64,000 nucleotides of DNA from Dysgonamonadaceae bacterium. GTDB lineage: Bacteria > Bacteroidota > Bacteroidia > Bacteroidales > Azobacteroidaceae. Location of the stretch: the NCBI GenBank assembly GCA_031272085.1, contig JAISUN010000005.1:762-64761 (forward strand), read 5' to 3'. The position numbers and the translations under genes were made by a program. Shown here piece by piece: positions 9,527 through 18,591 of this stretch (position 1 is the first letter of the stretch; each line of letters starts with the position of its first letter). Below the pieces are notes generated by a model. It saw nothing but the letters and a program-made list of their open reading frames with translations, was not told the DNA's origin and did not search any database.

Positions 9527-10726
9527 TTAGAATATTGCCTTCACTTGGCTGTTTCCTGCCGAAACGATGTAAACTCCGTGTTGTGAAACACTTACGCTTT
9601 CTTCGCTTCCGCTTGCGATGCGGTCGGCAATTTTCAGCCCGTTGAGGTTGTAAACATTCAGTTTTTGTCCTGCGGCAAGTCCCGAAATTTTCAGAACGCC
9701 ATTCGACGCAACTACATTCAGTGAGGTTTTTCCTGCTTTCGCAAGGCCTGTTCCAAGAGGAGCGGACTGCCAGCGGAAATACGGCATCGATTCGCCTTCG
9801 TTGATTTTCCAGACGGAAGCAAAATCCCAATTTTCAAAAGTATCCTGTTGGCGGAGGTCAGATTCTGTGCGCCCCGCTTCGGGAAAACCCTGATAGCCGA
9901 CTGCCGCAAATACGTCGGCTGTGTTCAACTCGTTATTATAATAGGAATCTTCAACTTTTCCTTCGTAAGTTCTTGTATCGTAGTCGCCTACAAGACCGCC
10001 AGCAAAAGTAGCCATCGGAATATACGGAGTAACCGTAACGTTTGAATAGCAGTTTTTTACAAGGCAGTTTGCGTTGCTGTTCTGGGTTCCGACAAATCCG
10101 CCGACAGCCATATTTCCCTTTATTTCGCCTTCGGCATAACAATCAGAGATTGTTCCGTTTTTTTGCGAGCCGACGAAAAGCCCCGAAGCCATAGCGTTCT
10201 GGGTTGCGCTCACGTTGCCGTAAACATAGCAGCGGTCGAAATTCGTAGCGCTGTTGGTTTTTGCGACGAAAGCCGCGCAATAAGTGCTTCCGCCCTGCAC
10301 GCCGCCGGCTGCATTGTCGATTTCGAGGCCGAGATTTTTAAATGCGCTTCCGGTGCTGGTTTGCGCGAAAAGCGCCACCTGCGAGAGATTAGGACGGTTG
10401 ATGCGGAATCCGGTAATCTTGTGGTTTGCGCCGTCGAGAACGATATACATTGTTTGAATCGAGCCGTTTTCAGCCACGCCAATCGGCAGCCAGCCTTCGG
10501 CTCCCCAGGTTGAGGCGGTAAAATCGCCCAGATTAATGTCGTTTTCCAAAACGAAATATTTTGGCGAACCGCTTGCGCCGTTATTGTCGCGGATTGCGCT
10601 CAACTGTTCGGCAGTCTTAATAATATACGGAGTGGTTTCCGTTCCGTTTCCGCCCGAAAATTGCGCTTTCAAAAGAGTATTAGAAGCAAAAATCAGTACG
10701 AGTAATAGAGTAAAAATTTTTTTCAT
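9527..10726 (-). CDS. Secreted GLUG-repeat protein with T9SS C-terminal sorting domain
   Basis: Signal peptide, FSGGNGTETTPYII.TAEQL start, VGGFVG/AGGLVG repeats, and a C-terminal VYNLNG...GVYIVS...VKAIF CTD-like tail. Confidence 0.75.
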   Translation of the reverse strand: MKKIFTLLLVLIFASNTLLKAQFSGGNGTETTPYIIKTAEQLSAIRDNNGASGSPKYFVLENDINLGDFTASTWGAEGWLPIGVAENGSIQTMYIVLDGANHKITGFRINRPNLSQVALFAQTSTGSAFKNLGLEIDNAAGGVQGGSTYCAAFVAKTNSATNFDRCYVYGNVSATQNAMASGLFVGSQKNGTISDCYAEGEIKGNMAVGGFVGTQNSNANCLVKNCYSNVTVTPYIPMATFAGGLVGDYDTRTYEGKVEDSYYNNELNTADVFAAVGYQGFPEAGRTESDLRQQDTFENWDFASVWKINEGESMPYFRWQSAPLGTGLAKAGKTSLNVVASNGVLKISGLAAGQKLNVYNLNGLKIADRIASGSEESVSVSQHGVYIVSAGNSQVKAIF

Positions 10727-11321
10727 ACTTTTTTATATAATAGTTAATAATAAAGTCATATTTACAGAGAGTGCAAAATTAGAACAAAATGTAAGCCTGA
10801 CCAACAAAAAAAGACACAAATATTGCAGACTTTTCCGCATTTTTTCCCGAAAATCGTAGCATTTTAACGATTCGATTGTACAAAAAATTTGAAATCCGAA
10901 ATTATCATTCGTTTTATTCAATGAAACAGTCATAAATCAGTAAAACCGCATATTTTATTTTTACAGAATGAAATATGTAACAAAAATAATCCGGCTGATT
11001 TCCGCATTTTTTCGCCGCAAAATATACAACATTGAAAATCAATGTTTTACAATTAATTAGTCATTTTATGACAAGCAAGCAAAAAATCGAGGCATTTTTA
11101 TCCTCAAACTTCAATGTCAAATGTTTCAAAAAGAAAATATTTCGCCAAAATTTGATTTAAATTTTTATAAAAGAAATTTTTGACAACCGATTTTTGAAAA
11201 TTCATCATTAATAAGTCAAAAAAATATTTTTTTAGGCATAATATCCCTTGATTTACGCAAAAATATGAAATAATTTTGCAACGTGATTAAAATACAAGAA
11301 AAGATTAAAAAAATAGCAAAA

Positions 11322-13430
11322 ATGAATTTTATAAAACATTTTTATGCAATCATTACAATTTGCTTCCTGTTTTGCAATCTTGACTTGAAAGGACAAGTTA
11401 CGGTTGGAACGCTGGAAGACCCTGTAAAAGGAGCGCTTATGCAGTTCAAGACTATTGACGACGCTGCATCCGACGGCGACGCCAATGCTGCGCTGGGTAT
11501 AGGGTTTCCTCGCGTCGCCCTTGTGCAACTCGACCGTTTGCAGCCCATGTATTCCGCCGCAGAAGCGGCTTCGCTCGACGAAAAAACGCAACGCGCCCAT
11601 AAAGGCTTGGTTGTATATAATATAACACGCGACCTCGACGCAGGCCTCACACATGGAATTTACGTATGGAACGGCAAAAAATGGGTGGAAATGCAAAAAG
11701 CATCCACGCAGGCCGAATATACAATCGACTGCGCTAACGTAGCAGTGCACGGAAGTTATGGAGCCGGACAATCGCTCGATAACTCAAACTATCTGCGCAT
11801 CCGCCTTACGGTTACAGAACCCGGTTATTACACTATAAATGCCATCTCGAATCCCGATAACGGATATTTTTTCGAGCGCACCGGTTCTTTCTATTCTACC
11901 GGAACATATTCCATCATCATTTACGGAATGGGAAAACCCGAACAATGCACAGGCGCTTACTCGATTTGCGCTGACCCAAAACGGGAATTTGACGAATTTA
12001 CCCTATATGCCAACGGCGAGGCTACGAACTGTACATTTGAAATTCCCGTAAGAAATACGGCAATTATGCCAAAATTTACTATGAGTTGCGCTTCGGTAGC
12101 GATTAACGGACAGTATTTTGAAGACAAGCCTCTCGACGACAGCAATACAATGACTGTTGAAATCAATGTTGACCCTGCTACCTTTGGAGCAGAAGCGGAA
12201 ATTTACACAAACGAAGTGGACGGAATATCGTTCAACGCAACTTTTTTGCTCCAATCCAACCCTCAAACAGTAACCCTCGCCGGAACAGGAATACCACGCG
12301 GCATAGAAGACAAGGTATTTACAATTATGACTAACAGCGAATCTTCAACCTCCTCCTGCGAGCACGCGCTCTCTATAATGATACCTCAAAAGAGGATAAT
12401 GGCACTCGGACAGGCTGATTCGGACTGGGGATACAACATCGGCGACGCTTGGAAAAATCCAAACAGAAGTTCGGTTAACCAAATGATTACCAACCCCTAC
12501 AATTTCGGGCCTTATCAGGAAAGCATCGTTAAGACCGAACAGATAAACAATGTCAGTACCCCTGCCTCCGTCGGCCGCAATACGTCAAACTATGTAACTC
12601 CAACGCAGGCTGACCCCGGAAACGATATAATCGCTCTAACAATCGCCAATTACCAGTCTATGACTCCCGAAAAACTCGGCGCATACCTTTTCGGACGGCA
12701 AGGCAAACCGAAAATAGACATAGTCGCACTTGGGCACGGCTTTGAATTTTGGCGGGATGGAAATGCCGACGACGCCCAAAAATGCGATACGCTTATTAAA
12801 TTTATGCGCGAAGGCGGGATATTGATTGTTACTTCGCAAAATGAAGGCTCAAACGGAAGATTTTTTAACCGCATGTTCAATACTACAAATATAGGTTCGG
12901 CGCTGGGAAATGGAGCAGGCTCGATTTACCAGTTCGGATGGTCGTCATACAATCTGCCGGAATCGATGAAATCGCATTTCTGCGAAGACAGCGACCCCAT
13001 TTTGCAAGGCCCGTTCGGCAACATTGTAAGCAAAACTTGGGGCGAAGACGCCGATGTTACCCGATATGTAACCAACCTCCCGGCCGACGAAGTAGTGATT
13101 TATTCCAGCGGACGGCGCTCAACAGACGCCGACAGCGGTATTCCCGAAAACTCGGCCACAATATTCCGGCACAAAGAGTTGCCATTCATTTTCATCGGCG
13201 ACGGCGGATTCTGGACAGGCAACGACAGGAATAACGGCGACCTTGCAAACACGCCTTTCAAAACAGAAAACAGGTTGATAAACGGAGTTACTTACACCGA
13301 TTATCCAACTTATAAAAAGTACGGTACAGGGGGTAATTACGAATCTCACAACGCCACGTTTTTGGCAAATGCCTTGGCGTGGTGCCTCCGACAGGCCGAA
13401 TTATACAGAAGAAGTCATAAAGTAGAATAA
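11322..13430 (+). CDS. Secreted hypothetical protein: QVTxG N-terminal module, two Ig-like repeats and an alpha/beta C-terminal domain
   Basis: Signal peptide ending KG-Q. Repeats YTIDCANVAVHGSY...GMGKP and FTMSCASVAINGQY...GTGIP. A -7 element TAATTTTG lies at 11271-11278. Confidence 0.75.
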   Translation: MNFIKHFYAIITICFLFCNLDLKGQVTVGTLEDPVKGALMQFKTIDDAASDGDANAALGIGFPRVALVQLDRLQPMYSAAEAASLDEKTQRAHKGLVVYNITRDLDAGLTHGIYVWNGKKWVEMQKASTQAEYTIDCANVAVHGSYGAGQSLDNSNYLRIRLTVTEPGYYTINAISNPDNGYFFERTGSFYSTGTYSIIIYGMGKPEQCTGAYSICADPKREFDEFTLYANGEATNCTFEIPVRNTAIMPKFTMSCASVAINGQYFEDKPLDDSNTMTVEINVDPATFGAEAEIYTNEVDGISFNATFLLQSNPQTVTLAGTGIPRGIEDKVFTIMTNSESSTSSCEHALSIMIPQKRIMALGQADSDWGYNIGDAWKNPNRSSVNQMITNPYNFGPYQESIVKTEQINNVSTPASVGRNTSNYVTPTQADPGNDIIALTIANYQSMTPEKLGAYLFGRQGKPKIDIVALGHGFEFWRDGNADDAQKCDTLIKFMREGGILIVTSQNEGSNGRFFNRMFNTTNIGSALGNGAGSIYQFGWSSYNLPESMKSHFCEDSDPILQGPFGNIVSKTWGEDADVTRYVTNLPADEVVIYSSGRRSTDADSGIPENSATIFRHKELPFIFIGDGGFWTGNDRNNGDLANTPFKTENRLINGVTYTDYPTYKKYGTGGNYESHNATFLANALAWCLRQAELYRRSHKVE

Positions 13431-13533
13431 ATAAATAAATAAATAATAAATTAGTTAGATTAATAAAAAAGAGTTAACATTTAGAAAATTTAATCACAGA
13501 TACACTAATAAACCTTGACACTATTTACGTTGG

Positions 13534-13571
13534 AAAGAGCCGTCACTCCCTATTTGGCGGCTCTTTTTTTT
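13534..13571. terminator. Intrinsic terminator between convergent genes
   Basis: Stem AAAGAGCCGTCA / TGGCGGCTCTTT followed by a long T run. Confidence 0.8.
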
Positions 13572-13595
13572 ATTTTTTATTCCAATGAAAAAATC

Positions 13596-15251
13596 TTATT
13601 TTTTCGCTTCCCCCCTGATTTGCACGCGGCGAATTTTTCCGCTGATAGTTTTCGGCAACTCATTGACAAACTCGATGATTCGGGGATATTTGTAAGGCGC
13701 AGTTACCCGCTTTACGTGGTTTTGAATATCCTTTATCAGCGCGTCGCCCGCCTGCGGTTTGTACTCGTCGGCGAGAATGATTGTCGCTTTCACTACCTGA
13801 CCGCGCACTTCGTCGGGAACGCCGGTAATGGCGCACTCCACAACGGCGGGATGAGTCATCAGCGCCGATTCAACCTCAAACGGCCCGATACGGTAGCCCG
13901 AACTCTTGATTACGTCGTCGTTGCGGCCTACAAACCAGTAATAGCCGTCCTCGTCGCGCCACGCAATATCGCCTGTGTGGTAAACATTGTTGTAATAAAC
14001 GCTGCGCGTCAGTTCTTCGTCGCGGAAATAGCCCATAAACAGGCCAACCGGCTTTACGCGGTCGGTGCGGAAAATTATCTCGCCCTGCTCGCCGTCCTCG
14101 GCGCTGCGCCCGTCGGCGGTGATAAGGTCTAAATCGTAGGCGGGACTTGGCATTCCCATTGAGCCGGGCTTTGGTTCCATCCATGGATAATTGGCGATAG
14201 TAACCGTCATTTCGGTTTGCCCGAAAGCCTCCATCATCTTTATTCCGGTTGCCTTGTAAAACGTTTCATAAACAATGGGATTGAGCGGCTCGCCCGCAAC
14301 CACGCAATATTCGAGAGCCGAAAGGTCGTATTTTGTAATATCTTCCAAAATCAGGAAGCGGTAAACCGTTGGCGGAGCGCAAAACGAGGTAACTTTGTAA
14401 TCCTGCATCACGCGTAGCATATCGGCGGCTGTAAATTTTTCGTGGTCGTAAACGAAGATGCAGGCTCCCATAATCCACTGCCCGTAAAGTTTCCCCCAGG
14501 CGGCTTTCGCCCAGCCGGTATCGGCCACGGTAAGGTGCAGCGATTTGTCGTGCAGGTTTTGCCAGTAACCCGACGTAACGATGTGTCCAAGCGGATATTC
14601 GTAGTTGTGGATTACCATTTTCGGCTCGCCGGTGGTGCCTGAGGTGAAGTAAAGCAGCATAATATCGTTGTTGCTGCTGACGTTTTCGGGACGGACAAAG
14701 GGTTTTGCCTCGTCTATTCCCTTTCGGAAATCCGCCCAGCCTTCGGGAACTTCGGGGCCTATCGTCAGCCGGTATTTCAGGGTCGGACAGTCGGGCAAAG
14801 CCTCGTCAACGTGCTTCAACACAGGGTTTTCGCCTACGCAGATTATCGCCTTTATGTCGGCGGCGTTGCAGCGGTAAACGATGTCTTTTTTCGTCAGCAG
14901 GTGGGTTGCAGGAATTGCAACTGCGCCTATTTTATGCAGGCCGAGTATCGCAAACCAGTACCAGTAGCGGCGTTTGAGGATGAGCATTACCATATCGCCC
15001 TTTTTTATTCCAATCGAAAGGAAATATGCGGCCGCAGCGTCGCTTTTTTCTTTTATATCCTTGAATGTAAAGTCGATATGCTCGCCGCGGTCGTTTACCC
15101 AGCAGATTGCTTTTTTGTCGGGCGCAATTCTCGCCCATTCGTCGGCCACGTCGTAGGCAAAATTGAAGTTATCGGGTACGTTTATCTTGAAATTTTTGTT
15201 GAAATCTTCCTGATTTTCAAATCGTTGCTGATTTATATATTTTTCTACCAT
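13596..15251 (-). CDS. Acyl-CoA synthetase (AMP-binding, acetyl/medium-chain type)
   Basis: YFTSGTTGEPK, FGQTE, YHTGD, GRNDDVIKSSGYRIGPFEVES, LPKTISGKIRR. Confidence 0.92.
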   Translation of the reverse strand: MVEKYINQQRFENQEDFNKNFKINVPDNFNFAYDVADEWARIAPDKKAICWVNDRGEHIDFTFKDIKEKSDAAAAYFLSIGIKKGDMVMLILKRRYWYWFAILGLHKIGAVAIPATHLLTKKDIVYRCNAADIKAIICVGENPVLKHVDEALPDCPTLKYRLTIGPEVPEGWADFRKGIDEAKPFVRPENVSSNNDIMLLYFTSGTTGEPKMVIHNYEYPLGHIVTSGYWQNLHDKSLHLTVADTGWAKAAWGKLYGQWIMGACIFVYDHEKFTAADMLRVMQDYKVTSFCAPPTVYRFLILEDITKYDLSALEYCVVAGEPLNPIVYETFYKATGIKMMEAFGQTEMTVTIANYPWMEPKPGSMGMPSPAYDLDLITADGRSAEDGEQGEIIFRTDRVKPVGLFMGYFRDEELTRSVYYNNVYHTGDIAWRDEDGYYWFVGRNDDVIKSSGYRIGPFEVESALMTHPAVVECAITGVPDEVRGQVVKATIILADEYKPQAGDALIKDIQNHVKRVTAPYKYPRIIEFVNELPKTISGKIRRVQIRGEAKK

Positions 15252-15280
15252 CTTTTCGAGAGTTTTCCGTTTTTTGATGT

Positions 15281-15838
15281 TTATTTTTCCTTCATTATTA
15301 TTGCTAAAAACCGGACGGGCTTATCGTCTAACGCTTTCATACCGTGCGGATTAGATGAATCGAAATAGATGGAATCGCCGGGTTCGAGCGTAAGGTCTTT
15401 GCCGTTGATATGGAAAAGAAGGCGGCCTTCGAGAACGTAGTTAAACTCCTCGCCGGAGTGTGTGTTGAGCGTGATTTCCTTTCCGCTCGGCTCGACTGTT
15501 ACCTCAAACGGCTCTGACTGCGGCAAAATATACCCGCTGGCTAAGGCCTGATATTTGTACGCGCGGTTGCGCTCGACGGAAACGCCTTTGCCGCAACGGG
15601 TCAGGAAATAAGATTTCATCCGCGGTTCGTCGCCCGAAATAAGCGTGGAAGTGTCGATGTTGAAACTTTGCGCCACCTCGAACAGGAAACTCATCGGAAT
15701 ATCGGTGTCGCCCGATTCGTAAAGAGTGATTTCATCCGGCGAGCGGTCGCACATTTCGGCCATTTCGCCGACCGAGAGTTCGAGGGAATCCCGCAGTCCG
15801 CGCAGCCGCTCTGCAATTTGTTTGATTTGCTCGTTCAT
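15281..15838 (-). CDS. XRE-family HTH regulator with cupin domain
   Basis: N-terminal IAERLRGLR HTH; cupin HSGEEFNYVLEG...GDSIYFDS..PHGM. Commonly paired with the acyl-CoA synthetase. Confidence 0.9.
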   Translation of the reverse strand: MNEQIKQIAERLRGLRDSLELSVGEMAEMCDRSPDEITLYESGDTDIPMSFLFEVAQSFNIDTSTLISGDEPRMKSYFLTRCGKGVSVERNRAYKYQALASGYILPQSEPFEVTVEPSGKEITLNTHSGEEFNYVLEGRLLFHINGKDLTLEPGDSIYFDSSNPHGMKALDDKPVRFLAIIMKEK

Positions 15839-15858
15839 ACTTAAAATAAAATTTAAGG

Positions 15859-15891
15859 TGCAAAATTACGAGTTATTTTTGAGAAATGCAA
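15859..15891 (-). repeat. 33-bp direct repeat copy 1, a complete sigma70-type promoter for the XRE-cupin gene
   Basis: Minus strand reads TTGCATTTCTCAAAAATAACTCGTAATTTTGCA (TTG ... TAATTTTG). Identical to 16708-16740. Confidence 0.9.
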
Positions 15892-16009
15892 CCTTCTTGC
15901 CATATTGTTATTGTTCATCTTAAAAATCTTCTTCTCAGAATCTGTAAATGTTTTTTTACGCTGCAAAGGTAGAAACTATCTGTGCAGCCATTCTGCAAGG
16001 TAATTATTT

Positions 16010-16453
16010 TTATTGAATTTTATTTTTAATTTCAAATAAATCATTAGTAATCAAAATATTATGATAACTTTTCTTTGCAAGTCCGTTAATCAGTTTTTTG
16101 TCGCCTGTCCACAATTTGCAGCGAAAGTGGTTAGCAAAGGCAATATAAACTATATCTTTGGGGTCGATATCCGCAACAAGATTTTCGGCATATAGCCAAC
16201 TGTCTTCTGATATTTGTTCTTCTGAAATGAACGTAACCGACTTATAAATTTGAAATTCTGATTCTAAAATATTTTCCAATGACATATTGGATATTCTTAC
16301 CAGTTTGTCGAGATGGCCGTATATTTCAGTCCGCAGAAAATTAGGGGCAATAAAAGAAAATAACCCACCCGAATTTATCAGCAAATCCCCAATTTTACCA
16401 TTAGAATTAAGGATTGCACTGAAAATAATATTGGCGTCCACGGCAATAATCAT
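16010..16453 (-). CDS. PIN-domain (VapC-like) toxin
   Basis: IAVDANIIFSA, DPKDIVYIAFA and LWTGDKKL acidic PIN motifs. AT-rich. Confidence 0.85.
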   Translation of the reverse strand: MIIAVDANIIFSAILNSNGKIGDLLINSGGLFSFIAPNFLRTEIYGHLDKLVRISNMSLENILESEFQIYKSVTFISEEQISEDSWLYAENLVADIDPKDIVYIAFANHFRCKLWTGDKKLINGLAKKSYHNILITNDLFEIKNKIQ

Positions 16454-16656
16454 TTCAGGAAGCGGTGTTTATTCTTATTCCACCAACCGGAATTAACTTC
16501 ATCCGCCAAAGCGTCTATGTCCGATTGCTTTGCCGTCGATTTGGAAGTAGCGTCTAAATACGCAGCATAATCAATCAATCGTTGAATGCCGTAAAAATCC
16601 GTTCCTTGCGAAAACGAAATCATAATTTGATTGTCTGTAACTCTTTCGACTAACAT
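16450..16656 (-). CDS. Putative antitoxin
   Basis: 68-aa ORF overlapping the PIN start by 4 nt (ATGA), with C-terminal LADEVNSGWW. Confidence 0.7.
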   Translation of the reverse strand: MLVERVTDNQIMISFSQGTDFYGIQRLIDYAAYLDATSKSTAKQSDIDALADEVNSGWWNKNKHRFLK

Positions 16657-16707
16657 AATTTTATAATTTTTAATCTAATACAAAATTACAAAATATTTTA
16701 ATAACTT

Positions 16708-16740
16708 TGCAAAATTACGAGTTATTTTTGAGAAATGCAA
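16708..16740 (-). repeat. 33-bp direct repeat copy 2, promoter upstream of the TA pair
   Basis: Identical to 15859-15891. Confidence 0.9.
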
Positions 16741-16827
16741 AATGGGGGGATTTTATTCATCGAAAAATGTTCATCAAATCACGCTACGATTGTATTATTA
16801 TACGAGTAAAATTTCAAATCAACCGCC

Positions 16828-18537
16828 CTAATAAGCATCATTATGCACCGAAAGCACAGCCCGCCCCGAAGGGTCTATCATTTTTTTGAAAGCCTCGTCC
16901 CATTCGAGGGCTATCGGGGTGCTGCACGCTACGGACGGCACCGAGGGAACGGTCAGCGCGGCCGCATCGGAGGGGAATAATTCCTCGAAAATGGAGCGGT
17001 AATGATATTCTTCCTTCGTCATCGGCGGATTTATCGGAAAACGCTCGGCGGCCTTGGCGAACATCTCGTCGGAAACCTGCGCCGAAGCCACTTCGCGAAG
17101 CGTATCAATCCAACTGTAACCTACGCCGTCGGAAAACTGCTCTTTCTGCCGCCATGCCACGCTTTCGGGCAAATAGTCCTCGAAAGCCTTGCGAAGAATC
17201 CACTTTTCCATACGGCCTTTCAGCCCGCTCAATTTGTCTTCGGGGTTGAGGCGCATCGCAACGTCCATAAATTCCTTGTCTAAGAAAGGCACGCGCCCCT
17301 CTACTCCCCACGCCGCCAACGACTTATTGGCACGCAAACAGTCGTAAAGATAGAGTTTGTCGAGTTTGCGCACGGTTTCTTCGTGCAAAGCCTTGGCGTT
17401 AGGCGCTTTATGAAAATAAAGATAGCCGCCGAAAATCTCGTCGGCGCCTTCGCCGGAAAGCACCATTTTTATACCCATCGACTTGATGACCCGCGCTAAA
17501 AGACACATCGGAGTAGATGCGCGGACAGTCGTAACATCGTAAGTTTCAATATGATAAATCACGTCGCGGATAGCGTCGAGGCCTTCCTGGATGGTAAAAT
17601 GTATTTCGTGATGAACGGTTCCGATATGGTCGGCCACTTTCTGTGCGGCGGCCAAATCGGGCGAGCCTTCCAGTCCTACCGCAAACGAGTGCAGGCGCGG
17701 CCACCATGCTTTTTCCAGCCCGTCGCTCTCGACTCGTTTTGAGGCGTATTTTTTTGCAACGGCCGACACTATCGACGAATCCAATCCTCCCGAAAGCAGC
17801 ACTCCATAAGGCACGTCGGTCATAAGTTGCCGTTTCACAGCCGCTTCCAAGGCGTCGCGCAGTTCGTCTATCACTTCGGGATGGTCTTCGCAGGACGGGT
17901 TGTTTTTCACGTTTTCGTAATCCATCCAGTCGCGCTTGTACCAGCGGACGTAATTAAATCCCCTTTTCCCCTTTTCGGCCTTTGTTCCCGAATAAAGGTA
18001 ATGGCCGGGAGGGAATGATTCTATCTCATCGCAATAACCTTCTAAAGATTTCAGTTCCGAAGCCACGTAAAGCAATCCGTTCCTGTCGCGCCCGATGTAG
18101 AGCGGGATTATGCCTATATGGTCGCGGGCTATGAGGTAAGAATCGTTGCGCGAATCGTAAAGCGCAAAGGCGAAAATGCCGTTCAAATCTTCCAAAAAAT
18201 CAATGCCTTTTTCCATATAAAGCGAGAGGATAACTTCGCAGTCGGACTTGGTTTTGAAGTCGTAAGTCCCTGCCTGACGGTCTCTTATATCCTGATGGTT
18301 ATAAATCTCACCATTAACGGCAAGGGCGACTTTTCCGTCGGGCGAATAAAGCGGTTGCCGTCCCGATTGCGGGTCAACGATGGCTAAACGCTCGTGCGCA
18401 AGAATGGCTTTTTCACTGCAATAGATTCCCGACCAGTCGGGACCGCGGTGCCGGATTTTTTTCGACATCGACAGGGCTTGGGCGCGTAAGGGTTCTACGT
18501 TCCCCTTTATATCAAAGATTCCAACTATTCCACACAT
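16828..18537 (-). CDS. asnB: Asparagine synthetase B (glutamine-hydrolysing)
   Basis: MCGI N-terminal nucleophile, RHRGPDWSG, LLSGGLDSS, SGEGADE. Confidence 0.97.
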   Translation of the reverse strand: MCGIVGIFDIKGNVEPLRAQALSMSKKIRHRGPDWSGIYCSEKAILAHERLAIVDPQSGRQPLYSPDGKVALAVNGEIYNHQDIRDRQAGTYDFKTKSDCEVILSLYMEKGIDFLEDLNGIFAFALYDSRNDSYLIARDHIGIIPLYIGRDRNGLLYVASELKSLEGYCDEIESFPPGHYLYSGTKAEKGKRGFNYVRWYKRDWMDYENVKNNPSCEDHPEVIDELRDALEAAVKRQLMTDVPYGVLLSGGLDSSIVSAVAKKYASKRVESDGLEKAWWPRLHSFAVGLEGSPDLAAAQKVADHIGTVHHEIHFTIQEGLDAIRDVIYHIETYDVTTVRASTPMCLLARVIKSMGIKMVLSGEGADEIFGGYLYFHKAPNAKALHEETVRKLDKLYLYDCLRANKSLAAWGVEGRVPFLDKEFMDVAMRLNPEDKLSGLKGRMEKWILRKAFEDYLPESVAWRQKEQFSDGVGYSWIDTLREVASAQVSDEMFAKAAERFPINPPMTKEEYHYRSIFEELFPSDAAALTVPSVPSVACSTPIALEWDEAFKKMIDPSGRAVLSVHNDAY

Positions 18538-18591
18538 ATTTTTTTATTATTTTTTATTTTACAGTATTATTTTTTTTGTAATTTTCAATTC

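Noticed and set aside
9504-9830. 109-aa N-terminal extension of SusC in the ORF track
   Set aside because: It overlaps the GLUG gene in another frame, and the true signal peptide starts at 9503. Similar over-extensions were trimmed for susD, lptG, the S41 peptidase and HTH paralog 1.
13426-13450. (AAAT)n run after the 11322 gene
   Set aside because: It is a short low-complexity tract at and after the stop codon, so slippage would not change coding or promoter spacing.
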